NCBI GenBank assembly: GCA_963815215.1
Contig: CAWFFU010000010.1
Location: forward strand, 32,001-96,000
Direction: 5' to 3'
DNA length: 64,000 bases
DNA from: an uncultured Trueperaceae bacterium
Lineage (GTDB): Bacteria; Deinococcota; Deinococci; Deinococcales; Trueperaceae
In this document: one piece after another, positions 36,298 to 46,630 of the stretch
How the letters are laid out: the number at the start of each line of letters is the position of its first letter
How positions within the stretch are numbered: position 1 is the stretch's first letter
The notes under the pieces: model-generated
Told to the model about the DNA's origin: nothing
The model's database searches: none
Seen by the model: the letters and a program-made list of their open reading frames with translations, nothing else
Translations under genes and position numbers: made by a program

Positions 36298-39045
36298 ATG
36301 GCTGCGCAGGTACTCACGACCAAGCTCTATGCTCCACCGCATCGTGGCGGGCTGGTGGCCCGGCCCCGGTTGCTGGAGCAGATGGAGCAGGGGGCGCAGC
36401 GCAAGCTGACGCTCCTTTCGGCGCCCGCGGGCTTCGGCAAGACGACGCTGGTGAGCGAGTGGCTGGTGGCCCGGGGGCGCCGGGCCGCGTGGCTGTCGCT
36501 CGACGCGGACGACCGCGATCCTCCGCGCTTCCTGGCCCACCTGGTGGCCGCGCTGCAGACCGTGGCGCCCGACGTGGGTCAGGGCGTCGCCCAGGCGCTC
36601 GGCGCCTCGCAGGTCCCGCCGGTCCCGTGGCTCCTGGCCGAGCTGCTCAACGACCTCGCCGCCGCGCCGGACGATGTGCTGGTGGTGCTCGACGACCTCC
36701 ACGCGGTGGAGGGCGTGGCGATCCCCGAGGCGCTGGGGTACCTGCTCGACCACCTCCCGCCGCATGTCCACCTGGTGCTCACCACGCGCGAGGACCCCCC
36801 GTTCCGGTTGGCGATGCTCCGCGCCCGCGACCAGCTCATCGAGATCCGCGCCGCCGACCTCCGCTTCCGGCACGAGGAGGCCGCCGCCTTCCTCGAGGGA
36901 GGCGTCGGCGCACCGCTCTCGGCCGAGGCGGTGGCCACGCTGGAGGCGCGCACCGAGGGGTGGATCGCGGGGTTGCAACTCGCGGCCCTCTCCCTGCGCG
37001 GCCGCGACGACGTCTCCGACTTCCTGCGCTCGTTCGCCGGCGACCACCGCTACGTGGTGGACTACCTCGTCGAGGAGGTCCTGGACCGGCAACCTGCCGA
37101 CGTGCGGAGATTCCTGCTGGAGACGGCGATCCTCGACCGCCTCACTGGCGGGCTGTGCGACGCGCTCACGGGCCGGCACGACTCGGCGGCCCTGCTCGAT
37201 GCGCTCGAGCGCGCGAACCTGTTCCTCGTACCGCTCGACGACACCCGCCGCTGGTACCGCTACCACCAGCTCTTCGCCGACGTCCTCCGGGCCCACCTCG
37301 CCCAGGAGGGGGAGGACGTGGCGGCACTTCACGCCCGTGCGAGCACCTGGTTCGAGACGCAGGGCGAGCTCGAGGACGCCGTGCGCCACGCGCTCGAGGC
37401 GGAGGATTCCGAGCGCGCGGCCCGTCTCGTGGAGTTGGCGTGGCGCGCGATGGACAGCACCTTCCGATCCTCCGCCTGGCGCGCCTGGGCCGAGGCGCTG
37501 CCGGAGGCGGTCGTGCACGCACGGCCCGCGCTGTCGGCCGGGCTGGCGTGGGCGCACCTGAACGCCGGCGAGCTGGACGCGGCCGACCGCCGCCTCGAGA
37601 GCATCGAGGCGTGGCTCGAGGAGACCGGCGGCGCAGCCGACACCGCGGCGCGCGAGGCGTCCGCTGGGCGCGCGGCCGCCTCGTCAGATGCCGGGGCGAT
37701 GTCCCAGCTTGCGGGCACCGTCGCCTCGGCTCGAGCCTTCCACGCGCTTGCCACCCGGGCCGCCGCGGCAGCCGTGGAGCACGGGCGGCGAGCGCTCCGG
37801 CTGCTGGCCGCCGACGATCCGGCGCGCGGCGTGCCGCTCGGCATCCTCAGCCTGGCGCACTGGGCCAACGGTGAGCTGGACGAGGCCTACCGGATCCTCG
37901 ACGACGCCATGCAGGGCTTCCGCGCGAGCGGGAACGCGATCGCGGCGGCCAGCGGCACCTTCGGGCTGGCCGACATCCTCGCTACCCAGGGGCGGCTTCG
38001 TGCCGCGCGGCGGCTGTACGACGATGCGTTCGCGCTGACCGCGGAGCTGGCCACGCCCCAGTTCCCCGGTGCGGCTGAGCTCCACGTCGGCCTCGCCGAG
38101 GTGTTGCGCCAGCAGGGCGAGCTCGCCGAGGCAGAAGAGCATCTGCGGCGCGCCGAGGCGCTCGGCGAGCGCGCGGTGCTGCAGGGCGACGAATCGCGCC
38201 TGCGCGCCGCGATGGGGTGGCTGGAAGCGGGTCTCGGCCGGTTCGACCAGGCGCTCGAGCGCCTCGACGAGGCCGAGCGGCTCCGTGTTCCGTCCCCCAT
38301 GCCCGACCTGCGACCGATCGACGCCATGCGCGCCAGCGTGCACCTCGCGCGCGGCTCGGTCGCACCGGCCCGTGCCTGGGCCGATGCCCGAGGACTGTCG
38401 GGGGACGACGAGGTCAGTTTCGCCAACGAGTTCGAGTACCTCGTCCTGGTGCACCTCCTCGTCGCGGAAGGCAGGCTGGCGGGCGCCGGCCGACAGCTGA
38501 GGGAGGCCCGTTCGCTGCTGGACCGTCTCCTCGCTGCGGCCATCGAGGGACGGCGCGGGGGCCGTGCGATCCACATCCTGGTCCTCGAGGCGCTCGCCCA
38601 CGACGCCGCGGGAGACGCAGCGGACGCTCGCTCGGCCCTCGCGCGCGCGCTCGCGGCAGCCGAACCCGAGGGGTACGCGAGCGTGTTCCTCGACGGGGGC
38701 GCGCCGATGAGGGCGCTGCTTCGGGACGCCGTGCGACGCAAGGCGACCGCCCCTGCGGCACGCCGGCTCCTGGCGCTGGCCGATCGTCCGGGTGTCACGG
38801 TGCGGGGAGCGCGCCATGCCGTCGTGGCGGAGCGTCCCGCCGCGGGAGCACACGACGCCCTCACCGATCGGGAGGCCGAGGTGCTGCGCTACCTCGCCGG
38901 CGATCTGAGCGGTCCCGAGATCGCCCGCCACCTCGGCGTGTCGCTCAACACCCTTCGCACGCACAGCAAGAGCGTGTACAGCAAGCTGGGCGTCACCGGC
39001 CGCCGAGCGGCCGTGCGGCGGGCCGGCGAGCTGGGCCTGCTGTAG
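36298..39045 (+). CDS. MalT-like LuxR-family ATP-dependent regulator
   Basis: APAGFGKTT, TEGWIAGLQL, WYRYHQLF, C-terminal LuxR HTH. Confidence 0.95.
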   Translation: MAAQVLTTKLYAPPHRGGLVARPRLLEQMEQGAQRKLTLLSAPAGFGKTTLVSEWLVARGRRAAWLSLDADDRDPPRFLAHLVAALQTVAPDVGQGVAQALGASQVPPVPWLLAELLNDLAAAPDDVLVVLDDLHAVEGVAIPEALGYLLDHLPPHVHLVLTTREDPPFRLAMLRARDQLIEIRAADLRFRHEEAAAFLEGGVGAPLSAEAVATLEARTEGWIAGLQLAALSLRGRDDVSDFLRSFAGDHRYVVDYLVEEVLDRQPADVRRFLLETAILDRLTGGLCDALTGRHDSAALLDALERANLFLVPLDDTRRWYRYHQLFADVLRAHLAQEGEDVAALHARASTWFETQGELEDAVRHALEAEDSERAARLVELAWRAMDSTFRSSAWRAWAEALPEAVVHARPALSAGLAWAHLNAGELDAADRRLESIEAWLEETGGAADTAAREASAGRAAASSDAGAMSQLAGTVASARAFHALATRAAAAAVEHGRRALRLLAADDPARGVPLGILSLAHWANGELDEAYRILDDAMQGFRASGNAIAAASGTFGLADILATQGRLRAARRLYDDAFALTAELATPQFPGAAELHVGLAEVLRQQGELAEAEEHLRRAEALGERAVLQGDESRLRAAMGWLEAGLGRFDQALERLDEAERLRVPSPMPDLRPIDAMRASVHLARGSVAPARAWADARGLSGDDEVSFANEFEYLVLVHLLVAEGRLAGAGRQLREARSLLDRLLAAAIEGRRGGRAIHILVLEALAHDAAGDAADARSALARALAAAEPEGYASVFLDGGAPMRALLRDAVRRKATAPAARRLLALADRPGVTVRGARHAVVAERPAAGAHDALTDREAEVLRYLAGDLSGPEIARHLGVSLNTLRTHSKSVYSKLGVTGRRAAVRRAGELGLL

Positions 39046-39049
39046 CGCC

Positions 39050-39133
39050 TGACCGAAACCCCTCACCTAAGCCCCTCACCACCTGGCATCACCGCATCGG
39101 GTGACGACGTCTCACCACGTCGCCGCCTACGCT
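39050..39133 (+). promoter_or_regulatory. phased TCACC operator array plus -10 box
   Basis: TGACC/TCACC at 39050, 39063, 39076 and 39089, GGTGA at 39100, TCACC at 39112, TACGCT at 39128. Confidence 0.65.
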
Positions 39134-39228
39134 CCTCCCATCGCTGCGAACGGCGACCCGGTCGGCAAGCTCCCGCACGAGCCCACCCGGTCCGGCCGCC
39201 CGAGCGAACGACCAGGAAGGGAGGAACC

Positions 39229-39504
39229 ATGCCTGCAAGCGAGCGACCCTACGAACCGAGCGCCCGCCCCGAGCGCTACGCGATCCGCGTACGGGGTCAC
39301 CTCGACGACCGCTGGGCGAGCGCCTTCGACGGCCTCACGCTGCTCCGCGAGGAGGGCGGCGTCACCCTGCTGGCGGGTCCGGTCGCCGATCAGGCAGCGC
39401 TCCACGCGCTCCTGCGTCGCATCCGCGACCTCGGCCTGCCACTCCTGTCCGTCACCCCTATGCCGAGCGACGCCGGGGCTCCGCCCGACACGCCCACCCC
39501 GTAG
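39229..39504 (+). CDS. small conserved hypothetical protein (ACT-like)
   Basis: YAIRVRGHLDDRW...DQAALHALLRRIRDLGLPLLSV; GGAGG RBS. Confidence 0.85.
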   Translation: MPASERPYEPSARPERYAIRVRGHLDDRWASAFDGLTLLREEGGVTLLAGPVADQAALHALLRRIRDLGLPLLSVTPMPSDAGAPPDTPTP

Positions 39505-39644
39505 GCGCCGCGGCGGGGCCGGCCCTCGCGGAGTGCGAGGGCGCGCCGCCCGACACGGACCCGCGAAGATCACGCGCACCGTCGAGAACGTTCGACCCGA
39601 AGCACGGGAACCCATCCCGCACCAGGAGTGAAGGAGAGATCACT

Positions 39645-40376
39645 ATGACCGCGACCCCGATGACCCGCCCCGAACGCCCCACGTCCGTCCAGACGACCGC
39701 CCGCACCGCCGGCCTGCTCTACCTGATCCTCGCCGTCTGCGGGGGATTCGCCGAGTTCTTCGTGCGCCAGGCGATCGTGGTACGCGGCGACGCCGAGGCC
39801 ACTGTGGCCAACCTGATGGCCTCCACCCCGATCTTCCGCCTCGGTATCGTGGCGGAGCTCGTCGGGCAGGTCGTCTTCGTGTTGCTGGTGATGGCGCTGT
39901 ACCGCCTGCTCGGCGGCATCGACCGACGGCAGGCGAGGCTCATGGTCACCTTCGTGGTCCTTGCGGTGGCGATCACCTGTCTGAACATGCTCAACCAGTT
40001 CGCCCCGCTGCTGTTGCTGAGCGGCGCACCGTACCTCGGCGCCTTCGACACCGCCCAACTGCACGCCCTGGTGCTCGCCTTCCTCGACCTGCAGCACGCC
40101 GGTTATCTCATTGCCCAGGTGTTCTTCGGTCTGTGGCTGCTGCCGCTCGGCATCCTGGTGTTCCGTTCCGGCTTCCTTCCACGGGCCGTCGGCGTGCTGC
40201 TCGTCATCGCATGTGCCGGCTACCTGGCCGACGTCGCGCTGTTCTTCCTGGCGCCGGGCTTCGGGCTCGTCCTCAGCGAGTTCACCTTCGTGGGCGAGCT
40301 GGCGCTCATGCTGTGGCTCCTCGTGTTCGGCGTGAACGTCGAGCGCTGGACGAAGCGCGCACTGCAGCCGGCCTGA
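39645..40376 (+). CDS. DUF4386 family membrane protein
   Basis: ARTAGLLYL, FFGLWLLPLG, GELALMLWLL; AAGGAG RBS. Confidence 0.88.
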   Translation: MTATPMTRPERPTSVQTTARTAGLLYLILAVCGGFAEFFVRQAIVVRGDAEATVANLMASTPIFRLGIVAELVGQVVFVLLVMALYRLLGGIDRRQARLMVTFVVLAVAITCLNMLNQFAPLLLLSGAPYLGAFDTAQLHALVLAFLDLQHAGYLIAQVFFGLWLLPLGILVFRSGFLPRAVGVLLVIACAGYLADVALFFLAPGFGLVLSEFTFVGELALMLWLLVFGVNVERWTKRALQPA

Positions 40377-40387
40377 GGGCGGACGGC

Positions 40388-40430
40388 AGCGGCGGCGGGA
40401 CCGGAGCGGTTGCCCGGTCCCGCCGCCGCT
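40388..40430. terminator. 17-bp-stem hairpin between convergent operons
   Basis: AGCGGCGGCGGGACCGG-N9-CCGGTCCCGCCGCCGCT. Confidence 0.7.
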
Positions 40431-41301
40431 ACTGCCGCAAGGTCGGGTCGAGCACGTCGCGCAGGCCGTCGCCGAGGAGGTTGAAGCCGAGCACGGCCAG
40501 CGTGATGGTGACGCCCGGGGCGAACGCCATGAGCGGATCGATGGTCAGGTAGAGCTGAGCGTCGCTGAGCATCGAGCCCCACTCGGGCGTGGGCGGCTGC
40601 ACGCCGAGTCCCAGGAACGACAGCCCAGACGCCACCAGCAGCGTGACCCCCGTGCGCAGGGTGGCGTAGACGATGACCGGCGCGATGACGTTGGGGAGAA
40701 GGTGGCTGAAGACGATGCGGCCGTGGCTCGCGCCGAGCCCGCGGGCGGCCTCGACGAAGGCGCGCTCCTTGGCGGTGAGTACCGACGCCCGCGTGAGGCG
40801 GGCGAAGATCGGCACGCCGAAGAGGCTGGACGCGAAGATGACCGGACCCACGCCCGGGCCCGTGATGGTGATCAGGCCGATGGCGATGAGGAGCCCTGGG
40901 AACGCCAGCATGACGTCCACGACGCGCATGGAGAGGGCGCCGAGGATGCCGCCGGCATACCCCGACCACAACCCCCACAGCCCGCCCACTAGAGCGCCGA
41001 GGGCGGTCGCCGACAACCCGATGCCGATGGAGTAGCGCGCGCCGAAGAGGATGCGGCTGAGGATGTCGCGGCCGAAGTTGTCCGTGCCGAGCCAGTGCGC
41101 GCCGGAGACGCCCGCGCTGAGGTTCATGAAGTCGGAGGCGGTCGGATCGAAGGGCGCGATGTACGGCCCGACGATCGCCAGGACGAGGAACGCCGTCGAC
41201 AGCAGCAGCCCGATGGCGCCGCTGCGGTGGCGGAGGAGTCGCGCCAGGACGCCCTTGCGGCGGGCGACGGCACGCCGCGTCGTGAGCGGGGCGCTAGTCA
41301 T
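40429..41301 (-). CDS. peptide ABC transporter permease (DppC/GsiD-like)
   Basis: HWLGTDNFGRD, FVEAARGLG, FLGLGVQPPTPEWG. Confidence 0.95.
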   Translation of the reverse strand: MTSAPLTTRRAVARRKGVLARLLRHRSGAIGLLLSTAFLVLAIVGPYIAPFDPTASDFMNLSAGVSGAHWLGTDNFGRDILSRILFGARYSIGIGLSATALGALVGGLWGLWSGYAGGILGALSMRVVDVMLAFPGLLIAIGLITITGPGVGPVIFASSLFGVPIFARLTRASVLTAKERAFVEAARGLGASHGRIVFSHLLPNVIAPVIVYATLRTGVTLLVASGLSFLGLGVQPPTPEWGSMLSDAQLYLTIDPLMAFAPGVTITLAVLGFNLLGDGLRDVLDPTLRQ

Positions 41302-42214
41302 AGCGGATCCGCGGGTCGATGGCCGCGTAGAGCAGGTCTACCGCCATGTTGATGAGCAGGAACTCAACGGCGAACACGAGCATGAGCCCCTGGATAACGG
41401 GGTAGTCGCGGGCGTCGATCGACTGGATCAACAGCCAGCCGAGTCCCGGGTAGTTGAAGACGGTCTCGACGATCACCGCGCCGCTTAGGAGGAAGCCGAA
41501 TTGCAGGCCGGTGATGGTCAGCACCGGGATGAGCGCGTTGCGCAGCGCGTGACGGCCGATGACGCGAGCGCGACGCACGCCCTTGGCCCTGGCCGTGCGC
41601 ACGTAGTCCTCCCCCAGGACCTCGAGCAGACTCGAGCGGCTGAAGCGCGCGATCGTGCCCAGGGCGCTGGCCGCCAGGGTCAGTGCCGGCAGGACGATGC
41701 CGGTCGCGGTGGGCCCGCCGGAGATGGGCAGGATCCTGAGTCGGACGGCGAACGCATAGATGAACAGGATGCCGAGGAAGAACGACGGCGTGCTGATGCC
41801 GAGGATGGAGAAGACCGTGATGGTCAGGTCGAGCGGCGAGTCTCGGTTCATCGCCGCCCCGATGCCCGCGCCGATGCCCAGCAGGGTGGCGGCCGCGATC
41901 GCCGCGACCGAGAGCCACAAAGTTGGCAGGAAGTGATCGGCGATGACGCTGGTGGCCGGACGGTTGTTGCGGAACGACACCCCGAGGCTGCCACGAGCGA
42001 GGTTGCGCAGGTAGTACGCGAACTGCGTGGGCAGGGGACGGGTCAGGCCGAAGTCGCGCCGCACCTGCGCGACCTCGGTGGCGTCGGCTTCCGGCCCGGC
42101 GTAGAGCCGGGCCGGATCGCCTGGGAGCGCCCGCACGAAGAAGAAAACGACGAGCAGGACGCCGATCAGCGTGGGGATCGCCTGAAGAAGGCGTCGAGGA
42201 AGGTAGGCGAGCAT
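41294..42214 (-). CDS. peptide ABC transporter permease (DppB/GsiC-like)
   Basis: LPGDPA, DYVRTARAKG, RDYPVIQG. Confidence 0.95.
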   Translation of the reverse strand: MLAYLPRRLLQAIPTLIGVLLVVFFFVRALPGDPARLYAGPEADATEVAQVRRDFGLTRPLPTQFAYYLRNLARGSLGVSFRNNRPATSVIADHFLPTLWLSVAAIAAATLLGIGAGIGAAMNRDSPLDLTITVFSILGISTPSFFLGILFIYAFAVRLRILPISGGPTATGIVLPALTLAASALGTIARFSRSSLLEVLGEDYVRTARAKGVRRARVIGRHALRNALIPVLTITGLQFGFLLSGAVIVETVFNYPGLGWLLIQSIDARDYPVIQGLMLVFAVEFLLINMAVDLLYAAIDPRIRYD

Positions 42215-42234
42215 TCAGCCCTGGCGGTCTCCGC

Positions 42235-43758
42235 CTAGTTGGTGAAAGCCGCGTCCCGCGCGTCGATGGTCTGCCCCGGCATGTAGTACACGCCGCTGAG
42301 CTTCTTGGACTGGCCGGCGATGTTGTCCGGGCTGTACAGGAAGATCCACGGTGCATCCTTCCAGACGATGGCCTGGGCCTGAGCGTAGATCTGGTCCCGC
42401 TGGGCCTGATCGCCGGTCGCGCGGCCTTCCTCGATGAGCTTGTCGACCTGAGGGTTGCTGTAGAAGCTCCAGTTGTTGAACGCGGGCGGGAACGAGGAGG
42501 TCGCGAAGCTCTGGGTCAGCGTCCGGTCGGCGTCGCCGTTGGGCGTGGAGGCGCCCACCAGGGAGCCCTCGAGCTTGGTCTCGCTGAGCGGCTTGAAGAT
42601 CTCTGAGACCAGGGCGCCCCGTTCGGTCGGGTTCAGCACGGCCTTCACGCCCACCTTGGCGAGCATGCTCTGGATGACCTGCCCCGCCGTCTTGAACTCG
42701 GTGCTGTTGAAGGTCAGGACGGTGAAGCTGAAACCGTCCGGGTACCCGGCCTCGGTGAGCAGCTGCTTCGCCTTCTCGGGGTCATAACCGTACGGCTGCT
42801 GCGCGGCGTAGCCGCGGACAGTCTGTGGCAACGGCGAGTCCAGGACGGTGCCGTAGCCCTGGACCGCTACCTTGACGAGTTGCTCCTTGTCGACCGCGTA
42901 GTTCAGGGCCTGCCGGACGCGCACGTCGGTGAACGGCTTGAAGTGCGTGTTCAGCGGGAAGATGCGCGCATAGGTGCTCTTGGAGATGACGGCCTCGAGG
43001 TTGGCCGAGGCGTCGACGGAACCCACCAGCTGGGCGGGCAGGCTCTCGATGAAGTCCGCCTCTCCGCTCTGCAGCATGGCGACGCGGGTCGCCGCATTGG
43101 GGACCTCGAGGAACTCGATGCGCTGCACCTTGGGTTTGGGGCCCCAGTACGACGGGTTGGCGTCGACCGTGATCTTCTGGCCTTCCTGCCAGCTCACGAA
43201 CGTGAACGGGCCCGTGCCGACGGGGTGCCGGCCGACGTCGGAGCCGTACTTCTGGATGGCGGCCGGGCTGATGATGCGGCCGTTGTACAGGGCGATGTTG
43301 GAGAGGAAGGTGGCGTCCGGGGCCGAGAGCGTGAAGCGGATCTCGTAGGGTCCCACCACCTCGAGGCTCTTGACGTTGGCGTAGAGGCTCTGTGCCCTGG
43401 CCGTGTTCTTGTTGGTCTTGTCCGTGGCCCATGCGAAGTAGGCCTTGACGGCGTCGGCGTTGAATGGCGTGCCGTCCTGGAAGGTAACACCCTGCCTGAG
43501 CTCGAATGTGAACTCGGTCGCGTCCGCGTTGATGGTCCAGGAGGTCGCCAGCTCGGGCTGGATCGAGAGGTCCTTGCCCAGGCCCACCAGGCCCTCGAAG
43601 ATGACGCGTTCCACGCTGGCATCTGCCAGGCCGGTGGTGGCAGCGGGGCTGAGGGTGTTGTGGCTCAACGACTGGGCGATCCTGAGTGTGGATTGCGCCA
43701 GCGCTGTGCCCCCGAGTGCAACGAGGACGACGAGTGCGATACGAAGGTGCTTCCGCAT
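42235..43758 (-). CDS. family 5 ABC substrate-binding protein (GsiB-like)
   Basis: signal peptide; FQDGTPFNA, PVGTGPF, VRQALNYA, FYSNPQVD, WKDAPWIFL. Confidence 0.92.
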   Translation of the reverse strand: MRKHLRIALVVLVALGGTALAQSTLRIAQSLSHNTLSPAATTGLADASVERVIFEGLVGLGKDLSIQPELATSWTINADATEFTFELRQGVTFQDGTPFNADAVKAYFAWATDKTNKNTARAQSLYANVKSLEVVGPYEIRFTLSAPDATFLSNIALYNGRIISPAAIQKYGSDVGRHPVGTGPFTFVSWQEGQKITVDANPSYWGPKPKVQRIEFLEVPNAATRVAMLQSGEADFIESLPAQLVGSVDASANLEAVISKSTYARIFPLNTHFKPFTDVRVRQALNYAVDKEQLVKVAVQGYGTVLDSPLPQTVRGYAAQQPYGYDPEKAKQLLTEAGYPDGFSFTVLTFNSTEFKTAGQVIQSMLAKVGVKAVLNPTERGALVSEIFKPLSETKLEGSLVGASTPNGDADRTLTQSFATSSFPPAFNNWSFYSNPQVDKLIEEGRATGDQAQRDQIYAQAQAIVWKDAPWIFLYSPDNIAGQSKKLSGVYYMPGQTIDARDAAFTN

Positions 43759-43868
43759 GGCTTTCCCTCCCTATGGGGTGTGGCGAGACGAGCGCTCCTG
43801 GTGCCCTGGGCTGGGGCGGCGGTATCGACGCGGGGCCGCCTCCGGCGTGGCGGCCCCGCGGGGCGGGT

Positions 43869-44702
43869 CTAGCTCAGCCGGTAGGCATCCGGTCGTCGGT
43901 GCGTCAGGCTCGGCAGGCGTTCCCGTGTCCTGGTCACGGCTTCGAGATCGATGTCCACGATGGTGATGCCCTCCTCGTCGGGCGCGCAGGCGAGGACCGT
44001 CCCCCACGGGTCGACGACCATGGAACGGCCGTAGGCCCGGAAGGCGCCCTCGACGCCGCCGAGCTGGGCGGGCGCCACGATGAACATGCCGTTCTCGATG
44101 GCGCGGGCGCGCAGCAGGGGTTCCCAGTGATCCTTGCCGGTGAAGAGGGTGAAGTTCGAGGGCACGAAGGTCATGACGGCGCCCTGCAGGGCGACCGAGC
44201 GGTAGAGCTCGGGGAAGCGAAGATCGTAGCAGATGCTCATCCCGATCCGCCCGAAGGGTGTGTCGGCGGTGACGATGCGGTCGCCGGGCAGGTTCCGTGC
44301 CGACTCCTGGGCATGGAACTGACCGGCGATGCTGACGTCGAACAGATGGATCTTGCGGTACGTCGCCGCGATCGAGCCGTCGTCGCCGAAGAGCACGCTG
44401 GTGTTGTAGACCTTGTCGGCGACGTCCGACCGCTCGCTGAAGCTGCCGGCGAGCAGCCACAGCCCGTGCTCCTTCGCGGCCGCGCCCAAGGCGTCGGTGA
44501 GGGGGCCCGGGATCGGCTCGGCGGTCGCAATCTTGACGTGATTCAGGCTGGAGGGGACGCGTAGGTGGAACGTCTCGGGAAGGGCAACGAACTGGGCGCC
44601 CATTTCGGCGGCGCTTCGCACCAGCCTCAGGGCACGCTCCACGTTGGCGTCCTTGTCTGTGCCGGCGTCGAGCTGAACGAGGGCCAGGCGACAACGTGAC
44701 AT
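43869..44702 (-). CDS. carbon-nitrogen hydrolase (Nit1 / deaminated-glutathione amidase-like)
   Basis: LPE, YRKIHLFD, ICYDLRFPEL, RARAIEN. Confidence 0.92.
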   Translation of the reverse strand: MSRCRLALVQLDAGTDKDANVERALRLVRSAAEMGAQFVALPETFHLRVPSSLNHVKIATAEPIPGPLTDALGAAAKEHGLWLLAGSFSERSDVADKVYNTSVLFGDDGSIAATYRKIHLFDVSIAGQFHAQESARNLPGDRIVTADTPFGRIGMSICYDLRFPELYRSVALQGAVMTFVPSNFTLFTGKDHWEPLLRARAIENGMFIVAPAQLGGVEGAFRAYGRSMVVDPWGTVLACAPDEEGITIVDIDLEAVTRTRERLPSLTHRRPDAYRLS

Positions 44703-44847
44703 GGACCAGTATTCCCCAATTCGCCTCAGGAAGGTAGGGATGTCGCGGACCGGCTCGCCGGCCACGGCTTCGTGGCTCGAGGGACGGCCGCGCGCTGAGC
44801 CATTCACGCGCTCGCCCTGATGGACAATGGACGGCAAGGAGGTCAAC

Positions 44848-45468
44848 GTGAGCATCGATGGTGGTGGGCTCGAGCGATACAAGGGGGTCTCGGCCGGGAC
44901 GATCGGGCATTTCCGGACCGAAGGGTTCATGGACGTCGGGATCCAAGCCCTCGCTCGCCCCGTCCGTGTCCTGGGGCGGGCCTTTACCGTGTCCTGCCAG
45001 CCCACCGACAACGCTCCCGTGTCCGCGGCGTTGACCCAGGCCGCCCCCGGCGACATCCTCGTCATCGACCGGCAGGGGGACCGGAGGCACGCCTGCTGGG
45101 GCGGGATCCTCACGCAGGCCGCGAAACTCGCCGGGCTCGCGGGCGTCGTCATCGACGGCGCGGCGACGGACTGGCGCGAGATCACGGAGTCGGGGTTTCC
45201 GGTGTTTTGCACGAACCTGTCGGCGCTGACGACCCGGCGGCTGGACCTCGAGGGGTCGCTCGGCGAGCCCATCATGTGCGGCGGCGTGTGTGTCAGCACG
45301 GGCGACGTGGTGTTGGGCGACGACGACGGCGTGGTCGTGCTCCCGGCAGCGGCGGCCGAGGCGGTGCTGGCCGAGGCGAAGCTGCGCGAAGCGCGGGAGG
45401 AGCGCATGCTGGGCTTCCTGGCCCAGGGACTGCCGCTGGCCGAAGCGCGGCGTCGCGCCTTGGAGTAG
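44848..45468 (+). CDS. RraA family / HMG aldolase-like protein
   Basis: PGDILVID, ACWGG, VIDGAATD, GDDDGVVV; AAGGAGG RBS before GTG. Confidence 0.88.
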   Translation: MSIDGGGLERYKGVSAGTIGHFRTEGFMDVGIQALARPVRVLGRAFTVSCQPTDNAPVSAALTQAAPGDILVIDRQGDRRHACWGGILTQAAKLAGLAGVVIDGAATDWREITESGFPVFCTNLSALTTRRLDLEGSLGEPIMCGGVCVSTGDVVLGDDDGVVVLPAAAAEAVLAEAKLREAREERMLGFLAQGLPLAEARRRALE

Positions 45469-45661
45469 GCGGCCCCTCGCGCCCGGCGTGGCAGCTGCGC
45501 AGCAGGGCCGGCGGGCGCCCCTGCGCCTGCCGCGCGCCGCACCGGCTCGGGCTCTGGCATCCCGACCGGGACCGGAACGTGCCCTGAGGAACAATCGTCT
45601 CACATCGTCCTCATGGACCGCCGTTAGCCTCACATCGGTTCGTCCAAGGAGGATCTCGTTG

Positions 45662-46564
45662 ATGGCTGACGCTTCGTCAAGCGCCTCACGTATCGTCGGG
45701 TTGAGCAGCGGGCACCATGTCTGGACCCGGCGTGTCGGCAGGGCGTCGACGCGGATGCTCACGTTGCACGGCGGCCCGGGTTGCTCGCACGAATACTTCG
45801 AGGCGCTCGAGGACCATCTGGCGCCCGACGAGGTCGAGTTCTACTACTACGATCAGCTGGGGTCGTACTATTCGGATCAGCCCGACGACACGAGCCTGTG
45901 GACGGTCGATCGCTTCCGCTCCGAGGTGGAGGAGGTCCGCGGCGCGTTGGGCCTCGATGACTTCTTCCTGTTCGGGAACTCGTGGGGCGGGATGCTCGGC
46001 ATCGAGTACGCCCTGCACCACCAGGACCACCTCAAGGGACTGATCGTCTCCAACATGACCGCGAGCATCGCCTCGTACGTGCAGCACGTGAACGAGCTGC
46101 GCGATCGGTTGCCCGACGCGCTCGTCGACGAGATGGCGTCCTACGAGAAGGTCGGCGACTACGATGCGCCGCGCTACCAGGCCCTCCTGACCGAGCAACT
46201 GTACAAGAAGCACATCTGCCGGCTCGACCCCTGGCCCCCCTCGGTGCAGCGCTGCATGGATCACCTGGCGCTCCCCGTGTACAACACCATGCAGGGCCCC
46301 AACGAGTTCGTCGTGACCGGAAACTTCGCGGAGTGGGACCGCTGGGACGACCTGAGCCGCATCGAGGTGCCCACCCTGCTGGTGGTGGGCCGGCACGACA
46401 CCATGCGCGTCGCGGACATCGAGGAGATGGGGCGCCGCATGCCGAACGCCCGCGTCCACGTCTGCGAGAACGGCAGCCACATGCCGTTCTGGGACGACGC
46501 GGCCGACTACTTCGAGGCCCTCCGGGGCTTCCTGCGTGACGTCGAGAGCGGCGCCTTCGGGTAG
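45662..46564 (+). CDS. proline iminopeptidase-family alpha/beta hydrolase
   Basis: LHGGPG, YDQLGS, GNSWGG, VYNTMQGPNEF, GSH. Confidence 0.93.
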   Translation: MADASSSASRIVGLSSGHHVWTRRVGRASTRMLTLHGGPGCSHEYFEALEDHLAPDEVEFYYYDQLGSYYSDQPDDTSLWTVDRFRSEVEEVRGALGLDDFFLFGNSWGGMLGIEYALHHQDHLKGLIVSNMTASIASYVQHVNELRDRLPDALVDEMASYEKVGDYDAPRYQALLTEQLYKKHICRLDPWPPSVQRCMDHLALPVYNTMQGPNEFVVTGNFAEWDRWDDLSRIEVPTLLVVGRHDTMRVADIEEMGRRMPNARVHVCENGSHMPFWDDAADYFEALRGFLRDVESGAFG

Positions 46565-46630
46565 GCGCGCGGTACTGCTCGGTTCCACCATCCACAGACC
46601 ACCCGATAGATCACTTCTTGGAGGCATCGT

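Noticed and set aside
44700..44850. ATGGAC repeats as an operator in the divergent promoter
   Set aside because: Too short and irregularly spaced to separate from chance; no cognate regulator nearby.
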